From: Chloroflexota bacterium
GTDB taxonomy: Bacteria; Chloroflexota; Dehalococcoidia; Dehalococcoidales; JBDRCY01
Length of the DNA stretch: 64,000 nt
Assembly (NCBI GenBank): GCA_043821265.1
Contig: JBDRCY010000001.1
Coordinates: forward strand, 2,497-66,496
Direction of reading: 5' to 3'
Shown: piece after piece, positions 28,359 to 37,744 of the stretch
Layout of the letters: every line of letters starts with the position of its first letter
Position numbering within the stretch: position 1 is the first letter of the stretch
The notes under the pieces: generated by a model
Databases searched by the model: none
The model's input: only the letters and a program-made list of their open reading frames with translations
Told to the model about the DNA's origin: nothing
Made by a program: the position numbers and the translations under genes

Positions 28359-28549
28359 TTAAGAATCGGGCCGAGCTGGCTGGCCCTGGAAGCCATGCGG
28401 GAGAAGGCCGGCGAGATGGGTTTTAGCCCACATATCGTTACCGCTGAGCAGGAGGGGGATACCGCGGGGGTAGCTCTCTGGTAATAACCGGCGAGACCGG
28501 CGCCAACGTAGGGGATGCTATTCTATACCTCTTTACAGGTATTGTTTGA
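28359..28549 (+). pseudogene. Decayed remnant of a MOFRL/glycerate-kinase (TtuD/GckA-like) gene
   Basis: There are two fragments in different frames. LRIGPSWLALEAMREKAGEMGFSPHIVTAEQEGDTAGVALW* resembles the mid-protein ..NR.ALEAA..A...G......GEA... region. VITGETGANVGDAILYLFTGIV* resembles the family C-terminus ..TGPTGTNV.D... No intact ORF exists. Confidence 0.4.
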
Positions 28550-29279
28550 ACCAGTCCAGGCTAAGGGAGATAAAGCGCTCAAGGTGGTCGGGGTTATCAA
28601 AGCGGTGGCTGGCGCCCGCGACTATCTCCAGCCGCCGCAGCTTTCGGGCGCACTCATAGATTTCGCGGGCATTGTCTACCGGCACCAGTTCGTCGGCGCT
28701 GCCGTGGACGATGAGTAACGGGCGGTTTAGACTAGCGGCAGCCCGGCACATATCGTACTCCTGGATGTCGCGCCAGAACCCGGCCTTGATTTTATTGCCT
28801 GAGGGCAGGTCGAATAAATCATCATTCCGATACGCTTTAAGGAACTCCTCGCTGGGCATCTGGAAGCGGCAGGGAGTGGATAGTATCGCCAGGGCCTTTA
28901 GGCGAATGTCGCCGGCGGCCAGGGCCACCATGCCGCCGAAGCTTGAGCCGACTGCGCCCAGCCGGTGGGTATCCACCCCGGCGGTCTCGATATAGTCGAT
29001 AGCCGCCCGGTAGTCCTGTATCCGGCTGCTCAGGGTGGTATCGGCAAATTCTCCCTGGCTCTTTTCTGCCCCCTCGCCACACCCTCGATGGCTGAAGCGG
29101 AGGCAGGCGAAACCGGCCTCATAGAGGTAGCGGGCCAGTACCGGCCACTTGCTGCCGTCCTTGGAGCTCTCCATGCCATGGGAGACGATGATACAGGGTG
29201 CTCCCCTGCAGGGAAGGCTCAGGCTGGCGAATATCAGTTGTTGCTGGCTCTTAAAAGTGACTGTTTGTTTCATTCTCAA
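28533..29279 (-). CDS. Alpha/beta hydrolase (dienelactone hydrolase / S9-like)
   Basis: 248 aa. Nucleophile elbow GSSFGGMVAL; ...VHGSADELVP... and a late His in ..GASHRF... Confidence 0.8.
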   Translation of the reverse strand: MRMKQTVTFKSQQQLIFASLSLPCRGAPCIIVSHGMESSKDGSKWPVLARYLYEAGFACLRFSHRGCGEGAEKSQGEFADTTLSSRIQDYRAAIDYIETAGVDTHRLGAVGSSFGGMVALAAGDIRLKALAILSTPCRFQMPSEEFLKAYRNDDLFDLPSGNKIKAGFWRDIQEYDMCRAAASLNRPLLIVHGSADELVPVDNAREIYECARKLRRLEIVAGASHRFDNPDHLERFISLSLDWFKQYL

Positions 29280-29298
29280 AACGGGTACTGTTCTAGTA

Positions 29299-30498
29299 TT
29301 ATACCTGGTGCTGGCGGCCGCAGTGGGGACACTGGGCCTGCTTTCCCTGGTAGTGGAGGGGTACCTTTAATTTGACGCCGCAGGGGCACTCTATGGTCTT
29401 GTAACCATTTAAGCGCCACATCAGGTCCTGGGTCTGACGGGTGCGCTGCAGCTTGTCGGCTTTTTCCGCTCCCTTCGTCTCCGGTTTAGCTCGCCGCAGC
29501 TCGGCGCTGCCGGCGCTGGCCAGGGACGCAGCTCCGATAATACTGCCCCCCTTCTGGTGCGCCTCGTGATAGGAGCGGTCGTAGTCGGCCAGGGAGGCCC
29601 CGCCCATGGCGCGCAGGATGCGTATCCTATCCGAGATGGGCGGGTGGGTGCTGGAGAGGTCGCTGGCGGCCCGCTTATTGGGTCGGAACGGGTTGATGAT
29701 ATACATGGGCGCCGTGGCCTTGTTGGCCGATTTTAGCTCCCTGGTGGAGCCGGCAATCTTCTCCAGCGCCGAGGCCAGACCGTCGGGGTAGCGGGTGTAG
29801 AGGGCGCTGGAGGCATCGGCCAGGTATTCCCGCTTGCGGGAGATGGCAAAGTAGATGAACTGGGCGGCGATGGGCGCCAGAATCATCAGCACCAGGGCCA
29901 CTGCCAGTATGATTATCTGGGCCTGCCCCCCGCCCCGGGAGGCCCTCCGGCCGGCGCCACCGAAGAAAAGCATCCGCGTGCCGAACCAGGCCAGGATAAC
30001 GATGGTGCCCAGCAGGACGCCGCACATGACCATCAGGAGGACGTCGCGGTTCTTGATATGGGATATCTCATGGGCGATGACGCCCTGCAGTTCGTCGCGG
30101 TCCAGCGCCTGCAACAGACCGGAGGTGACGGCAATGGCCGTCTTATTGGGGTCGCGTCCGGTGGCGAAGGCATTAAGGGCCGGGTCGTCGATGATATAGA
30201 TGTCCGGCATCCTCTCCAGCCCCGAGGCAATCTTCATCTCCTCCACGATGTTGTACAGGCGGGGGTGGTCGTCGCGGCTTATCTTCTTGGCCTTGGCCAG
30301 CGCCAGGAAGATGTTATCACCCTGAGAGTAGGCGATGAGGTTCATAAATGCCCAGACGGCGAGGGCGATAATCATCCCGCCGATGGCGTTATCCAGGAAG
30401 TAAAGGCCCAGGGCATAGCCTATCAGGAGCAGCATTATTCCCATGGCTATGACCAGTACCAGTGAGCGGTTGCGGTTACTTCTAATCTGTTCCCACAT
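29299..30498 (-). CDS. M48 family (HtpX-like) zinc metallopeptidase with a C-terminal zinc ribbon
   Basis: 399 aa. N-terminal TM segments, HEISH in IAHEISHIKNRD, and the C-terminal IECPCGVKLKV...QCPHCG. Confidence 0.85.
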   Translation of the reverse strand: MWEQIRSNRNRSLVLVIAMGIMLLLIGYALGLYFLDNAIGGMIIALAVWAFMNLIAYSQGDNIFLALAKAKKISRDDHPRLYNIVEEMKIASGLERMPDIYIIDDPALNAFATGRDPNKTAIAVTSGLLQALDRDELQGVIAHEISHIKNRDVLLMVMCGVLLGTIVILAWFGTRMLFFGGAGRRASRGGGQAQIIILAVALVLMILAPIAAQFIYFAISRKREYLADASSALYTRYPDGLASALEKIAGSTRELKSANKATAPMYIINPFRPNKRAASDLSSTHPPISDRIRILRAMGGASLADYDRSYHEAHQKGGSIIGAASLASAGSAELRRAKPETKGAEKADKLQRTRQTQDLMWRLNGYKTIECPCGVKLKVPLHYQGKQAQCPHCGRQHQV

Positions 30499-30512
30499 GG
30501 CTTAATCCTGGT

Positions 30513-31076
30513 CTAAGAGAAGCTGACCTTGGGTGCTTCCCTCTCGGCGGCGGCGCTAAGTTCGAAGAACTCGCCGGCCTTAAATCCGGTCATGGCGGCC
30601 ACCAGGTTGGAGGGGAACATCTGAATCTTATTGTTGAGCCGGAGGATGGAATCGTTATAGTACTGGCGGGCAAAGCCTATCTTGTTTTCGGTGGAGGTGA
30701 GTTCCTCCTGGAGGGCCAGGAAGTTCTGGTTGGCCTTGAGGTCGGGGTAGTTTTCCACCACCGCCAGCAGCCGGCTCAGGGCGCTGGATAGTTCTCCCTC
30801 GGCCTTGGAGCGGTCGCCGACGCTGCCGCTGGCCGCCCCCTGCGCCAGCTTACGGGCCTGGGTTACCGACTCCAGGGTCTCCCGCTCGTGTTTCATATAG
30901 CCCTTGGCCGTCTCCACCAGGTTGGGGATGAGGTCGTATCGCCGCTTGAGCTGGACGTCAATCTGTGCCCAGGCGTTCTTTGTCTGGTTGCGCAGCCTCA
31001 CCAGGCCGTTATAGTTGGCCATGATGAAGATGCCGAATACTACGATAACACCGATGATGATATATACCGGAAGCAT
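30513..31076 (-). CDS. LemA family protein
   Basis: 187 aa. N-terminal TM segment, ...YNGLVRLRNQTKNAWAQIDVQLKRRYDLIPNLVE...ARQYYND.... Confidence 0.9.
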   Translation of the reverse strand: MLPVYIIIGVIVVFGIFIMANYNGLVRLRNQTKNAWAQIDVQLKRRYDLIPNLVETAKGYMKHERETLESVTQARKLAQGAASGSVGDRSKAEGELSSALSRLLAVVENYPDLKANQNFLALQEELTSTENKIGFARQYYNDSILRLNNKIQMFPSNLVAAMTGFKAGEFFELSAAAEREAPKVSFS

Positions 31077-31170
31077 GTCTACCTCCTAAATCTTATTCCT
31101 TATTACTACTGGCCTTAAAGGTGCTTCCTATAAAGTTTTATGCCGCTTAAAGTACAGTTACCTCCTGCCC

Positions 31171-31587
31171 CTAATCTTTATTGCTGCTGGCCTTAAAAGT
31201 AGCCCCCAAAAAGTTTAATAGATGTTCTGAGGCGCCCGGCTGTTGCGGGCACTGCTCAAGGAGGGCCCGCACCTCGCCGCCGTCAAACCACAGTCCGTCC
31301 CCGTCGGGGCAGGCGTCAATCAATACCGGGGGTTCCTTACCGATGGTGGCCTTTTTCATCCGGGTGTTGCAGATGGGGCAGCGGCGCTTCTTTTCGCTGG
31401 TTTTAGCCTCGGGGGCGGCCAGTTGCTCGGCTATGGGCAGGCTGCTACCTTGCAGTTCCAGGCGCTCCGCCATTAGCTCCAGCTCACCGGAGTCGAACCA
31501 GACGCCGGAGCAGTGGGGACAGTAGTCCAGCTCGATATTCTCGTGCTCGACCACAATCATGACGTTACGGCAGGCAGGGCAGATCAC
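31171..31587 (-). CDS. Double zinc-ribbon protein (zf-TFIIB / TF_Zn_Ribbon-like)
   Basis: 138 aa. Two copies of C-x2-C ... CP-x-C-x-G-(V/L)WFD(S/G)GE. GTG start with AGGTGA upstream. Confidence 0.7.
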   Translation of the reverse strand: MICPACRNVMIVVEHENIELDYCPHCSGVWFDSGELELMAERLELQGSSLPIAEQLAAPEAKTSEKKRRCPICNTRMKKATIGKEPPVLIDACPDGDGLWFDGGEVRALLEQCPQQPGASEHLLNFLGATFKASSNKD

Positions 31588-31669
31588 GGGTGTCTCACCT
31601 CACAGCGATAATATTCTATTAACAGTGTAGGGTTACGCACAGACCGTGTCAAGGATCAGGCCTTTTTCT

Positions 31670-33160
31670 TTAGCCCCCGATTCGGGCCAGCGTCTTGGCA
31701 TAGCGGGACTGCGATTTCGTGATTGCCTCCAGCTCCGCTTCGGAGAACCATTTGTTTAGCTTTATCTTGTCTACCGGGTAATGGGAGCGTCGGAAGCGTT
31801 CTTTCTGACCGAAGGGCAGGGTAGCATCGATGGCCAGTCCCGTGAGATGCGACGATACTATGGCCGGTAACGGGGCGCGGGCCTTGCCCGGGCGGCCCGG
31901 TGCCCGGAACATGTTGTTCTCTTGATTGCCCCGGGTCCAGATAGCCCACAGCACGTCGTCGGTGCAGTGAATATCTATATCCTCATCGACGGCGATGGCC
32001 ATGCCGCCCCGCCCCAGTGCCAGGGCGGCGGAAAGGATGTTATTGACGATGGTCTCATGCCAGGGCAGTGTTTTATTCACCTGGAACACCAGGCCGCCCA
32101 GCCGGAAGGGATGCAGCATGGCGATATCCTGCACCAGCCCGGGAGCCGTCTGCTGGGCCAGCTGGTAGAAATAGGCCTCACGGGGGAAAAACATCATGTT
32201 ATTGCAGTCGAAGAGGCCCGATAGCGGGTTGTGAAAGATGGGCCGGTCCTTACGGTGGGTTATCGCCGTAACCTGGAACTTGAATGACTTGTGATGTGCC
32301 ATGCCCAGGTAGCCGTGCCACTCGGGGAAGAAGGGCACGGTATATTCCTTATTTAGCTTCTCGGCCTCGTCGGTCTCCCAGCAGAGCTCGGTGGTAACGT
32401 AGCCTTCCAGAACCCATTCCGCATTGGCTGCGGCATAGGCGTCCACCGTCTTGGCCTTGCAGATATCCACCGGCAAGCCTTGCATGGCCCCGGCGATACC
32501 CAGTTCGTCGGTGCCGTAGGGCACCACGGCGTGGATACTCCAGGCCGAGGCCTCGCACATGACGGCCGGTGGCGGGCAGATATTGACGGTCAGCGGCACC
32601 TTCTCGTCCCCGTGCACTATGTTGCGCAGATAGCCTAGGTGGCTCTCCGGGGCAATGGAGATGGAGGCCCAGTCCTTACCGCGAAAGCTCATCCGCTTGA
32701 AGGAGAGGTCGCTGCCCCTCTGGCCGGGCAGTCCTCGGGTGAGGGTGACACCGCCGCCGAGTAGGCGTTCGGGACTCTCCTCGGTATGCTTCAGCAGCGG
32801 CAGCGTGGCCGGTACGTCGATGTTTTCGGTGATGACCACCTCCTGGCAGGGCGCTTGCTCCACTACCCGGGGCGGTAACTGGTTCTCCATGGCTTTGAGG
32901 AACTTGAATTTCAGGTCCTTGTATTCGGCCACATCGTAGATGGCGGCCACGTTCTCCTCCCGGGCGTAGGCATTAGCCGTGTAGCGGGCATGGGGGTAGC
33001 CCTTGATATTTTCGAAGAGCAGCGCCGGTCCCTCTTCCAGGGCTACCTGGATGCCGGTTATCTCCAAGATGGGGTCCACCTCTTTATCCACCGTTAGCAA
33101 CTCTCCCCGTTCCTTGAGAAATTCCAGGGTGCTCCTCATGCTGGTTATGTCCTTGCCCAT
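31670..33160 (-). CDS. UbiD family (prFMN-dependent) decarboxylase
   Basis: 496 aa. The N-terminal ...LEFLKERGELLTVDKEVDPILEITGI... pattern is typical of UbiD. No ubiX is present in the window. Confidence 0.85.
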   Translation of the reverse strand: MGKDITSMRSTLEFLKERGELLTVDKEVDPILEITGIQVALEEGPALLFENIKGYPHARYTANAYAREENVAAIYDVAEYKDLKFKFLKAMENQLPPRVVEQAPCQEVVITENIDVPATLPLLKHTEESPERLLGGGVTLTRGLPGQRGSDLSFKRMSFRGKDWASISIAPESHLGYLRNIVHGDEKVPLTVNICPPPAVMCEASAWSIHAVVPYGTDELGIAGAMQGLPVDICKAKTVDAYAAANAEWVLEGYVTTELCWETDEAEKLNKEYTVPFFPEWHGYLGMAHHKSFKFQVTAITHRKDRPIFHNPLSGLFDCNNMMFFPREAYFYQLAQQTAPGLVQDIAMLHPFRLGGLVFQVNKTLPWHETIVNNILSAALALGRGGMAIAVDEDIDIHCTDDVLWAIWTRGNQENNMFRAPGRPGKARAPLPAIVSSHLTGLAIDATLPFGQKERFRRSHYPVDKIKLNKWFSEAELEAITKSQSRYAKTLARIGG

Positions 33161-33202
33161 ATCATCACCTCCTGATACTTAATACTAGTAACATATGACT
33201 AT

Positions 33203-34150
33203 CTATATGCCCTCGAAGAAATTTCGAGGGCCGTCAGTACACAGACTATCGATTATAGCTACGGCGACCCCCATTTCCCTTAGCTGGGGGAACACAACCT
33301 TCTTGATATACAGGTAGCCGTGGGGGTTGAGTTTATTTAAGTCGTCTATCCCCGGTATGTCGGGGTCGTCGGTTCGAATACAGGCCGCGGCCCAGTCGTG
33401 GGCGGGGCAGAGGCGGCCGGCGTAGCCGGCGTCGATGAGCGCCTTCATCGTTTTGGTGCGGGCCAGCGGGCTTGCGTTGCGTCCAGGGTAGCGGTCCATG
33501 CCCAGGTAGCACCCCTGTTCCAGCAGCCAGAGGAGGTACTCGATATCGGTGGTGTCGTTGGAATGGTCCATCTTGACCCGTCCGGCCTTAACTCCCGCTT
33601 CTTTTAGTATGGCCAGTTGCTGTGCGCCTACCCGGCCGGGGGAATAGGAGTGCAGCATTATGGGTACGCCGGTCTTAAGGTGTGCCTGGGCTATGGCGAG
33701 CAGGACGATTTCCTGCTGGGGCGTTACCCCCATCATATCGCTGGCGCCTTTTAACATGCCCGCTTTTATAGCAGTGCCGGAGATGCCCTCTTCTATCTCC
33801 CGGATGAATACCTCAGCCAGCTGGTCGGCGGATACCCCGGCGAAGAAGCGCGGGATATCCTGCCAGCTCCCGGTGCAGGCGATAATATTGACGCCGCTTA
33901 GTCGGGAGGCCTCGGCCACCAGCTCTACGTCCCGCCCCAGGTCGAGGGTGGTGGCATCGAGGATGGTATCTACCCCGCCCGCATTGGCCTCTTTGAGGGC
34001 GCTCACCGCCCGCCCTAGAGGGTCGGCCTCCAGCAGCTCGGGATAGTTCCGTATAAACCCGGGCGAGGCGAGTATAATATGTTCGTGCATGAGGGTGAAG
34101 CCGAGTTCCCTGCTATCGAGCGGCCCCAGCACGGAATTTACGGTTGTCAT
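33203..34150 (-). CDS. Phosphotriesterase family (PTE/PLL-like amidohydrolase-fold) protein
   Basis: 315 aa. ...LGFTLMHEHI... HxH metal motif at the N-terminus; TIM-barrel hydrolase pattern. Confidence 0.85.
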   Translation of the reverse strand: MTTVNSVLGPLDSRELGFTLMHEHIILASPGFIRNYPELLEADPLGRAVSALKEANAGGVDTILDATTLDLGRDVELVAEASRLSGVNIIACTGSWQDIPRFFAGVSADQLAEVFIREIEEGISGTAIKAGMLKGASDMMGVTPQQEIVLLAIAQAHLKTGVPIMLHSYSPGRVGAQQLAILKEAGVKAGRVKMDHSNDTTDIEYLLWLLEQGCYLGMDRYPGRNASPLARTKTMKALIDAGYAGRLCPAHDWAAACIRTDDPDIPGIDDLNKLNPHGYLYIKKVVFPQLREMGVAVAIIDSLCTDGPRNFFEGI

Positions 34151-34171
34151 GGGTCAAACTCTCCTGTCTGT

Positions 34172-35809
34172 TTATGTCTCGGCGGCAGCGTTTCGGCCGG
34201 CTATGTAGCCAAAAGACATACCACCCATAACACCCATGGCCCCACCCCGTCCGTTCAGGCCGCAGATGGAGTGGGAGCCGGCATAGAGGCCGGGGATGGG
34301 GTCTCCCCGCTTGTCTACGGCCTGTCCCTTCTCGTTAACCCGCACCCCGCCGGTGGTATCCACTATTCGGGGGCCGTGTTCTATGCCGTAGAAGGGCGGG
34401 TTCTTTATCGGCCGGAGATAGCCTTTGTCCTTGCCGAACAGCGGGTCGTCGGCACCCCGCTCACAGCTGGCGTTATATTCGGAGACACTTTGCTTTAAGC
34501 GCTTCGGGTCTATGCCGTATATCTCGGCCAGCTCCTCGATGGTATCGGCCACCTTTATCGTCCCGGTGTCTATGCCCCGCTTGATACCGTCCGGCCAGTC
34601 GCAGAACGGGGGCGCCTCGGTGGGGTAGTAGGGCGTATAGGGCGGGTTATCGCTGGGCGAGCGGATATCATCGTCATTTAAGAATATTCCCATCTCCCGG
34701 CCAAATAGTTTCCTCTCTCCGGCCTGGGCGTCGGGCTCACCGTTTTCGTCCGAGCCGAAGATGCTGTAGACCAGCGAATCCGGCTGGTCTATGAGCTGGA
34801 GGTAGCCAATCTGCACGCTGAAGTGCTCGTTGGCGAACCTCAGGCCGACCCTGTTCACATAGAAGCCCGGTTGCCGGGTTATCTGGATGGGGGCATCACC
34901 CACATTCTGTCCCCAGGAACCGGTGCCGGTGCCTCGCTTAAGGCAGGTTATGCCGCCGGCCTCTCCGTTGGAGCTGGTCATATCGCCCACTATGGCTCCC
35001 GCTCCTTGGCACATGCGGATGCCGTCCCCCATCTTGGTGGCCGGGGCGGTGGTGCAGCCGGCGTTAAAGCCTGTGTTGTGATAGTGTTTGAGCATATCCC
35101 GGTTACAGGCAAAGCCGCCGGTGGTATCAATCACGCCCCTGGCCCTGACGAATACGGTTTTACCGTCTTTGGTCTTCCCCTGAACGCCGACTACCCTTCC
35201 CGTATCGTCGGTAACCAGGGCGCTGGCCGGAGTGCCCAGCAGGAACTCTACTCCTCGTTTCCTGAGCCACCGCTCCAGGGTGCGGGTGACGGCGCCGAAC
35301 TTGCATATGGAAGGGTATTCGAAGGTGTAATCGGCCAGGTCGGTGGAGATCGGTGCCAGCAGCACTATCCCCGGGTAGCGATAGTTCGGCTCCTTCAGGG
35401 TGAATTTGGGATACCATTTTATGCCCATCTCCTCCAGTCTGTCCACCAGGTAGGCTGCCCAGGTCAGGTTGTTCTTGAGCATCCTGGGGTCGGCCCTGCG
35501 GGCCATCAGCCCGGCCTCGGTCTGGGGTAGGGTGCGGATGGTCTCATAGAGGTCCTCTTCCGTCCAGGAGAGGCCGGTGACCTCCCGCCATTTCCGGCTG
35601 CCGAAACCCACTGCCAGCATGGCGAAGGCTGATTCTCCCCCCACATCGTCGGCCTTCTCCATAACCATCACCCGTATCCCCTGCTCGACGGCTCCCATTG
35701 CTGCCGCCAGGCCGCTGCCGCCGCCCCCCATTACCAGCACATCGGTCTCATAGTCCCATCTGGCCGGTACGGATGCCGGTGGTATGGGCTCAACATTTTC
35801 CGGTTTCAA
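34172..35809 (-). CDS. FAD-dependent oxidoreductase (FAD_binding_2; fumarate-reductase/KstD-like flavoprotein)
   Basis: 545 aa. Dinucleotide fold DVLVMGGGGSGLAAAMGA...VMEKA and the C-terminal ...GLYAGS... motif. Confidence 0.8.
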   Translation of the reverse strand: MKPENVEPIPPASVPARWDYETDVLVMGGGGSGLAAAMGAVEQGIRVMVMEKADDVGGESAFAMLAVGFGSRKWREVTGLSWTEEDLYETIRTLPQTEAGLMARRADPRMLKNNLTWAAYLVDRLEEMGIKWYPKFTLKEPNYRYPGIVLLAPISTDLADYTFEYPSICKFGAVTRTLERWLRKRGVEFLLGTPASALVTDDTGRVVGVQGKTKDGKTVFVRARGVIDTTGGFACNRDMLKHYHNTGFNAGCTTAPATKMGDGIRMCQGAGAIVGDMTSSNGEAGGITCLKRGTGTGSWGQNVGDAPIQITRQPGFYVNRVGLRFANEHFSVQIGYLQLIDQPDSLVYSIFGSDENGEPDAQAGERKLFGREMGIFLNDDDIRSPSDNPPYTPYYPTEAPPFCDWPDGIKRGIDTGTIKVADTIEELAEIYGIDPKRLKQSVSEYNASCERGADDPLFGKDKGYLRPIKNPPFYGIEHGPRIVDTTGGVRVNEKGQAVDKRGDPIPGLYAGSHSICGLNGRGGAMGVMGGMSFGYIAGRNAAAET

Positions 35810-35925
35810 GGGTGTGTCTCCCCTTACGCAATGTAGCTTTATGTGGCCTTCGGTGGGAACGATGCATTGGGTATAACATATCCCCGATTATAATGTCAAT
35901 CTTCCCTGTCCTGTGCGACGGCTGT

Positions 35926-35954
35926 TGACGCTCAGTTGGGTACTTGTTATGATG
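35926..35954 (+). promoter_or_regulatory. Sigma70-like promoter for the TPP-AOR operon in a divergent control region
   Basis: TTGACG-N17-TATGAT (ttgacgctcagttgggtacttgttatgat), about 40 nt upstream of the ATG at 35992. Confidence 0.4.
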
Positions 35955-35991
35955 GTGAAACCTGCTAATTTCTGCTCTGGGGGTGTGTCTG

Positions 35992-37719
35992 ATGGCCGAG
36001 AGGGTGCCGGTAGATGAGGGGGCGGAGGCCTTTATTGAACTCTTAAACGCCAACGGGGTTGACTGTATCTTCTTAAGCCCGGGGGGCGAGACCGTCCCCA
36101 TTCAGGAGGCACTGGCCAAGTTTAAGGCGCTGGGCAAGCGCACCCCGCGCCTGATACCCTGCCTCCACGAGTCGGTGGCCCTGAATGCTGCCCAGGGCTA
36201 CTATCTGGTCTCGGGGAGGCCGCAGGTGGTGATGGTGCATGCCGATCTGGGTACGCAGCAGGTAGGCGGGGCATTGCATAGTGCCCAGCGCGGGCGTACT
36301 GGCGTTATCTTATGTGCTGGCCGCTCGCCTTCCTCCCTGGAGGAGCCTAAGCGCTACGGGCGGCGGAGCTACGTGCACTGGACGACGGAGCAGTTTGACC
36401 AGGCCGGTATCGTCCGGGGCTATGTTAAGTGGTACTATGAACTGCGCACTAATGAGATTATTCACCAGGTAGTGCAGCGTGCCTTCCGTATCGCCGCCAC
36501 CGAACCCTGCGGCCCGGTATATCTGGTGCTGCCCCCGGAACTGCTGGGGGAGAAAATGGGGAGCGTACTGGTCCCGGATGTGGCCAGATACGCGCCGCCG
36601 GAGTCCCCTCAGGCCGATGGAGCGCTGCTGGAGCGGGCGGCCCAGATGCTTCTCGGGGCCCAGAACCCGCTACTTATCACCGGTTATGCCGGTCGTAATC
36701 AGCGTACGGTGGCCGCGCTGGTGGAGCTGGCCGAGGCGTTGGGCCTCAGGGTTATCAGCTACCCGTTTCGCCTCAACTTTCCGGCCACTCACCCCCTCTT
36801 TAGCGGGTCCAACCCGCATCCCTATCTGGCCGATGCCGATGTTATACTGGTGGTTGACCATGATGCGCCCTATGTGCCCACCCAGGTTAGGCCGGGCCCG
36901 CAGGCCAAAATCATCCATATTGATATTGATGCGCTAAAGCGGGATATACCGTCGTGGCACTTTCCCGTCGACCTGTTTATAAGGGCCGATTCGGCTAAGG
37001 CCATACCGGCCCTAGTCGAAATTGTTACTAAGAAAATGGGGGCACAGCCGGCCCGTATCAAGGAGCGTTTTCAGCGTCTGGAGGGCGAATATAAAGAGAA
37101 ACGGGCCCGGTGGCGGGAGGTGGCCTTGGGCCAGGCGCAGAAGAAGCCCATCACTACGGAGTGGCTCTGTCAGGCGGTGGCCCGGGCGATAGATGAGGAT
37201 ACCATCGTTCTGGACGAGGCCATGACCGGCTCACTGGCGCTGGAGCACCAGTTTTATCCCTCCCGGCCGGGGACACTGTTTAAGACCGGTGGCAGCAGCC
37301 TGGGGTGGGGGCTGGGTGCGGCGCTGGGTGTGAAGCTGGCGGCACCGGAGCGGACGGTGGTACATTTGGTAGGTGACGGCGGTTTCGCCTATGGCTGTCA
37401 CCAGGCCAGCCTGTGGGCGGCGGCGACCTGCGGGGCGCCCTTCCTGTCCGTCGTCTTTAACAATCAACAGTACCAGGCTATCCGGCGGGCCATTCATCGT
37501 AATTACGGCCGGGATAGCTTTAGCGATAAGACCGGCCAGTGGGCGGGCACGGAGATTAAGCCGTCGCCGGACTATGCTTTAGCTGCCCGGTCCTGCGGTG
37601 GCTACGGGCAGCGGGTGACAGACCCCGCCGAACTAGAGGCGGCCCTTGGGGCGGCCTTGGGTGAGGTGGGCCGGGGTATACCAGCGGTACTGGATGTAAG
37701 AACCGCTGAGGTAGGGTAA
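35992..37719 (+). CDS. Thiamine-pyrophosphate-dependent enzyme (acetolactate-synthase / 2-oxoacid-decarboxylase superfamily)
   Basis: TPP motif GDGGF-x24-NN (HLVGDGGFAYG...VVFNNQQY). N-terminal Pyr domain. ATG 35992 (MAERVPVDEG...). Confidence 0.85.
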   Translation: MAERVPVDEGAEAFIELLNANGVDCIFLSPGGETVPIQEALAKFKALGKRTPRLIPCLHESVALNAAQGYYLVSGRPQVVMVHADLGTQQVGGALHSAQRGRTGVILCAGRSPSSLEEPKRYGRRSYVHWTTEQFDQAGIVRGYVKWYYELRTNEIIHQVVQRAFRIAATEPCGPVYLVLPPELLGEKMGSVLVPDVARYAPPESPQADGALLERAAQMLLGAQNPLLITGYAGRNQRTVAALVELAEALGLRVISYPFRLNFPATHPLFSGSNPHPYLADADVILVVDHDAPYVPTQVRPGPQAKIIHIDIDALKRDIPSWHFPVDLFIRADSAKAIPALVEIVTKKMGAQPARIKERFQRLEGEYKEKRARWREVALGQAQKKPITTEWLCQAVARAIDEDTIVLDEAMTGSLALEHQFYPSRPGTLFKTGGSSLGWGLGAALGVKLAAPERTVVHLVGDGGFAYGCHQASLWAAATCGAPFLSVVFNNQQYQAIRRAIHRNYGRDSFSDKTGQWAGTEIKPSPDYALAARSCGGYGQRVTDPAELEAALGAALGEVGRGIPAVLDVRTAEVG

Positions 37720-37744
37720 ACAGAAAGACCGGGAGAAGAATTAG

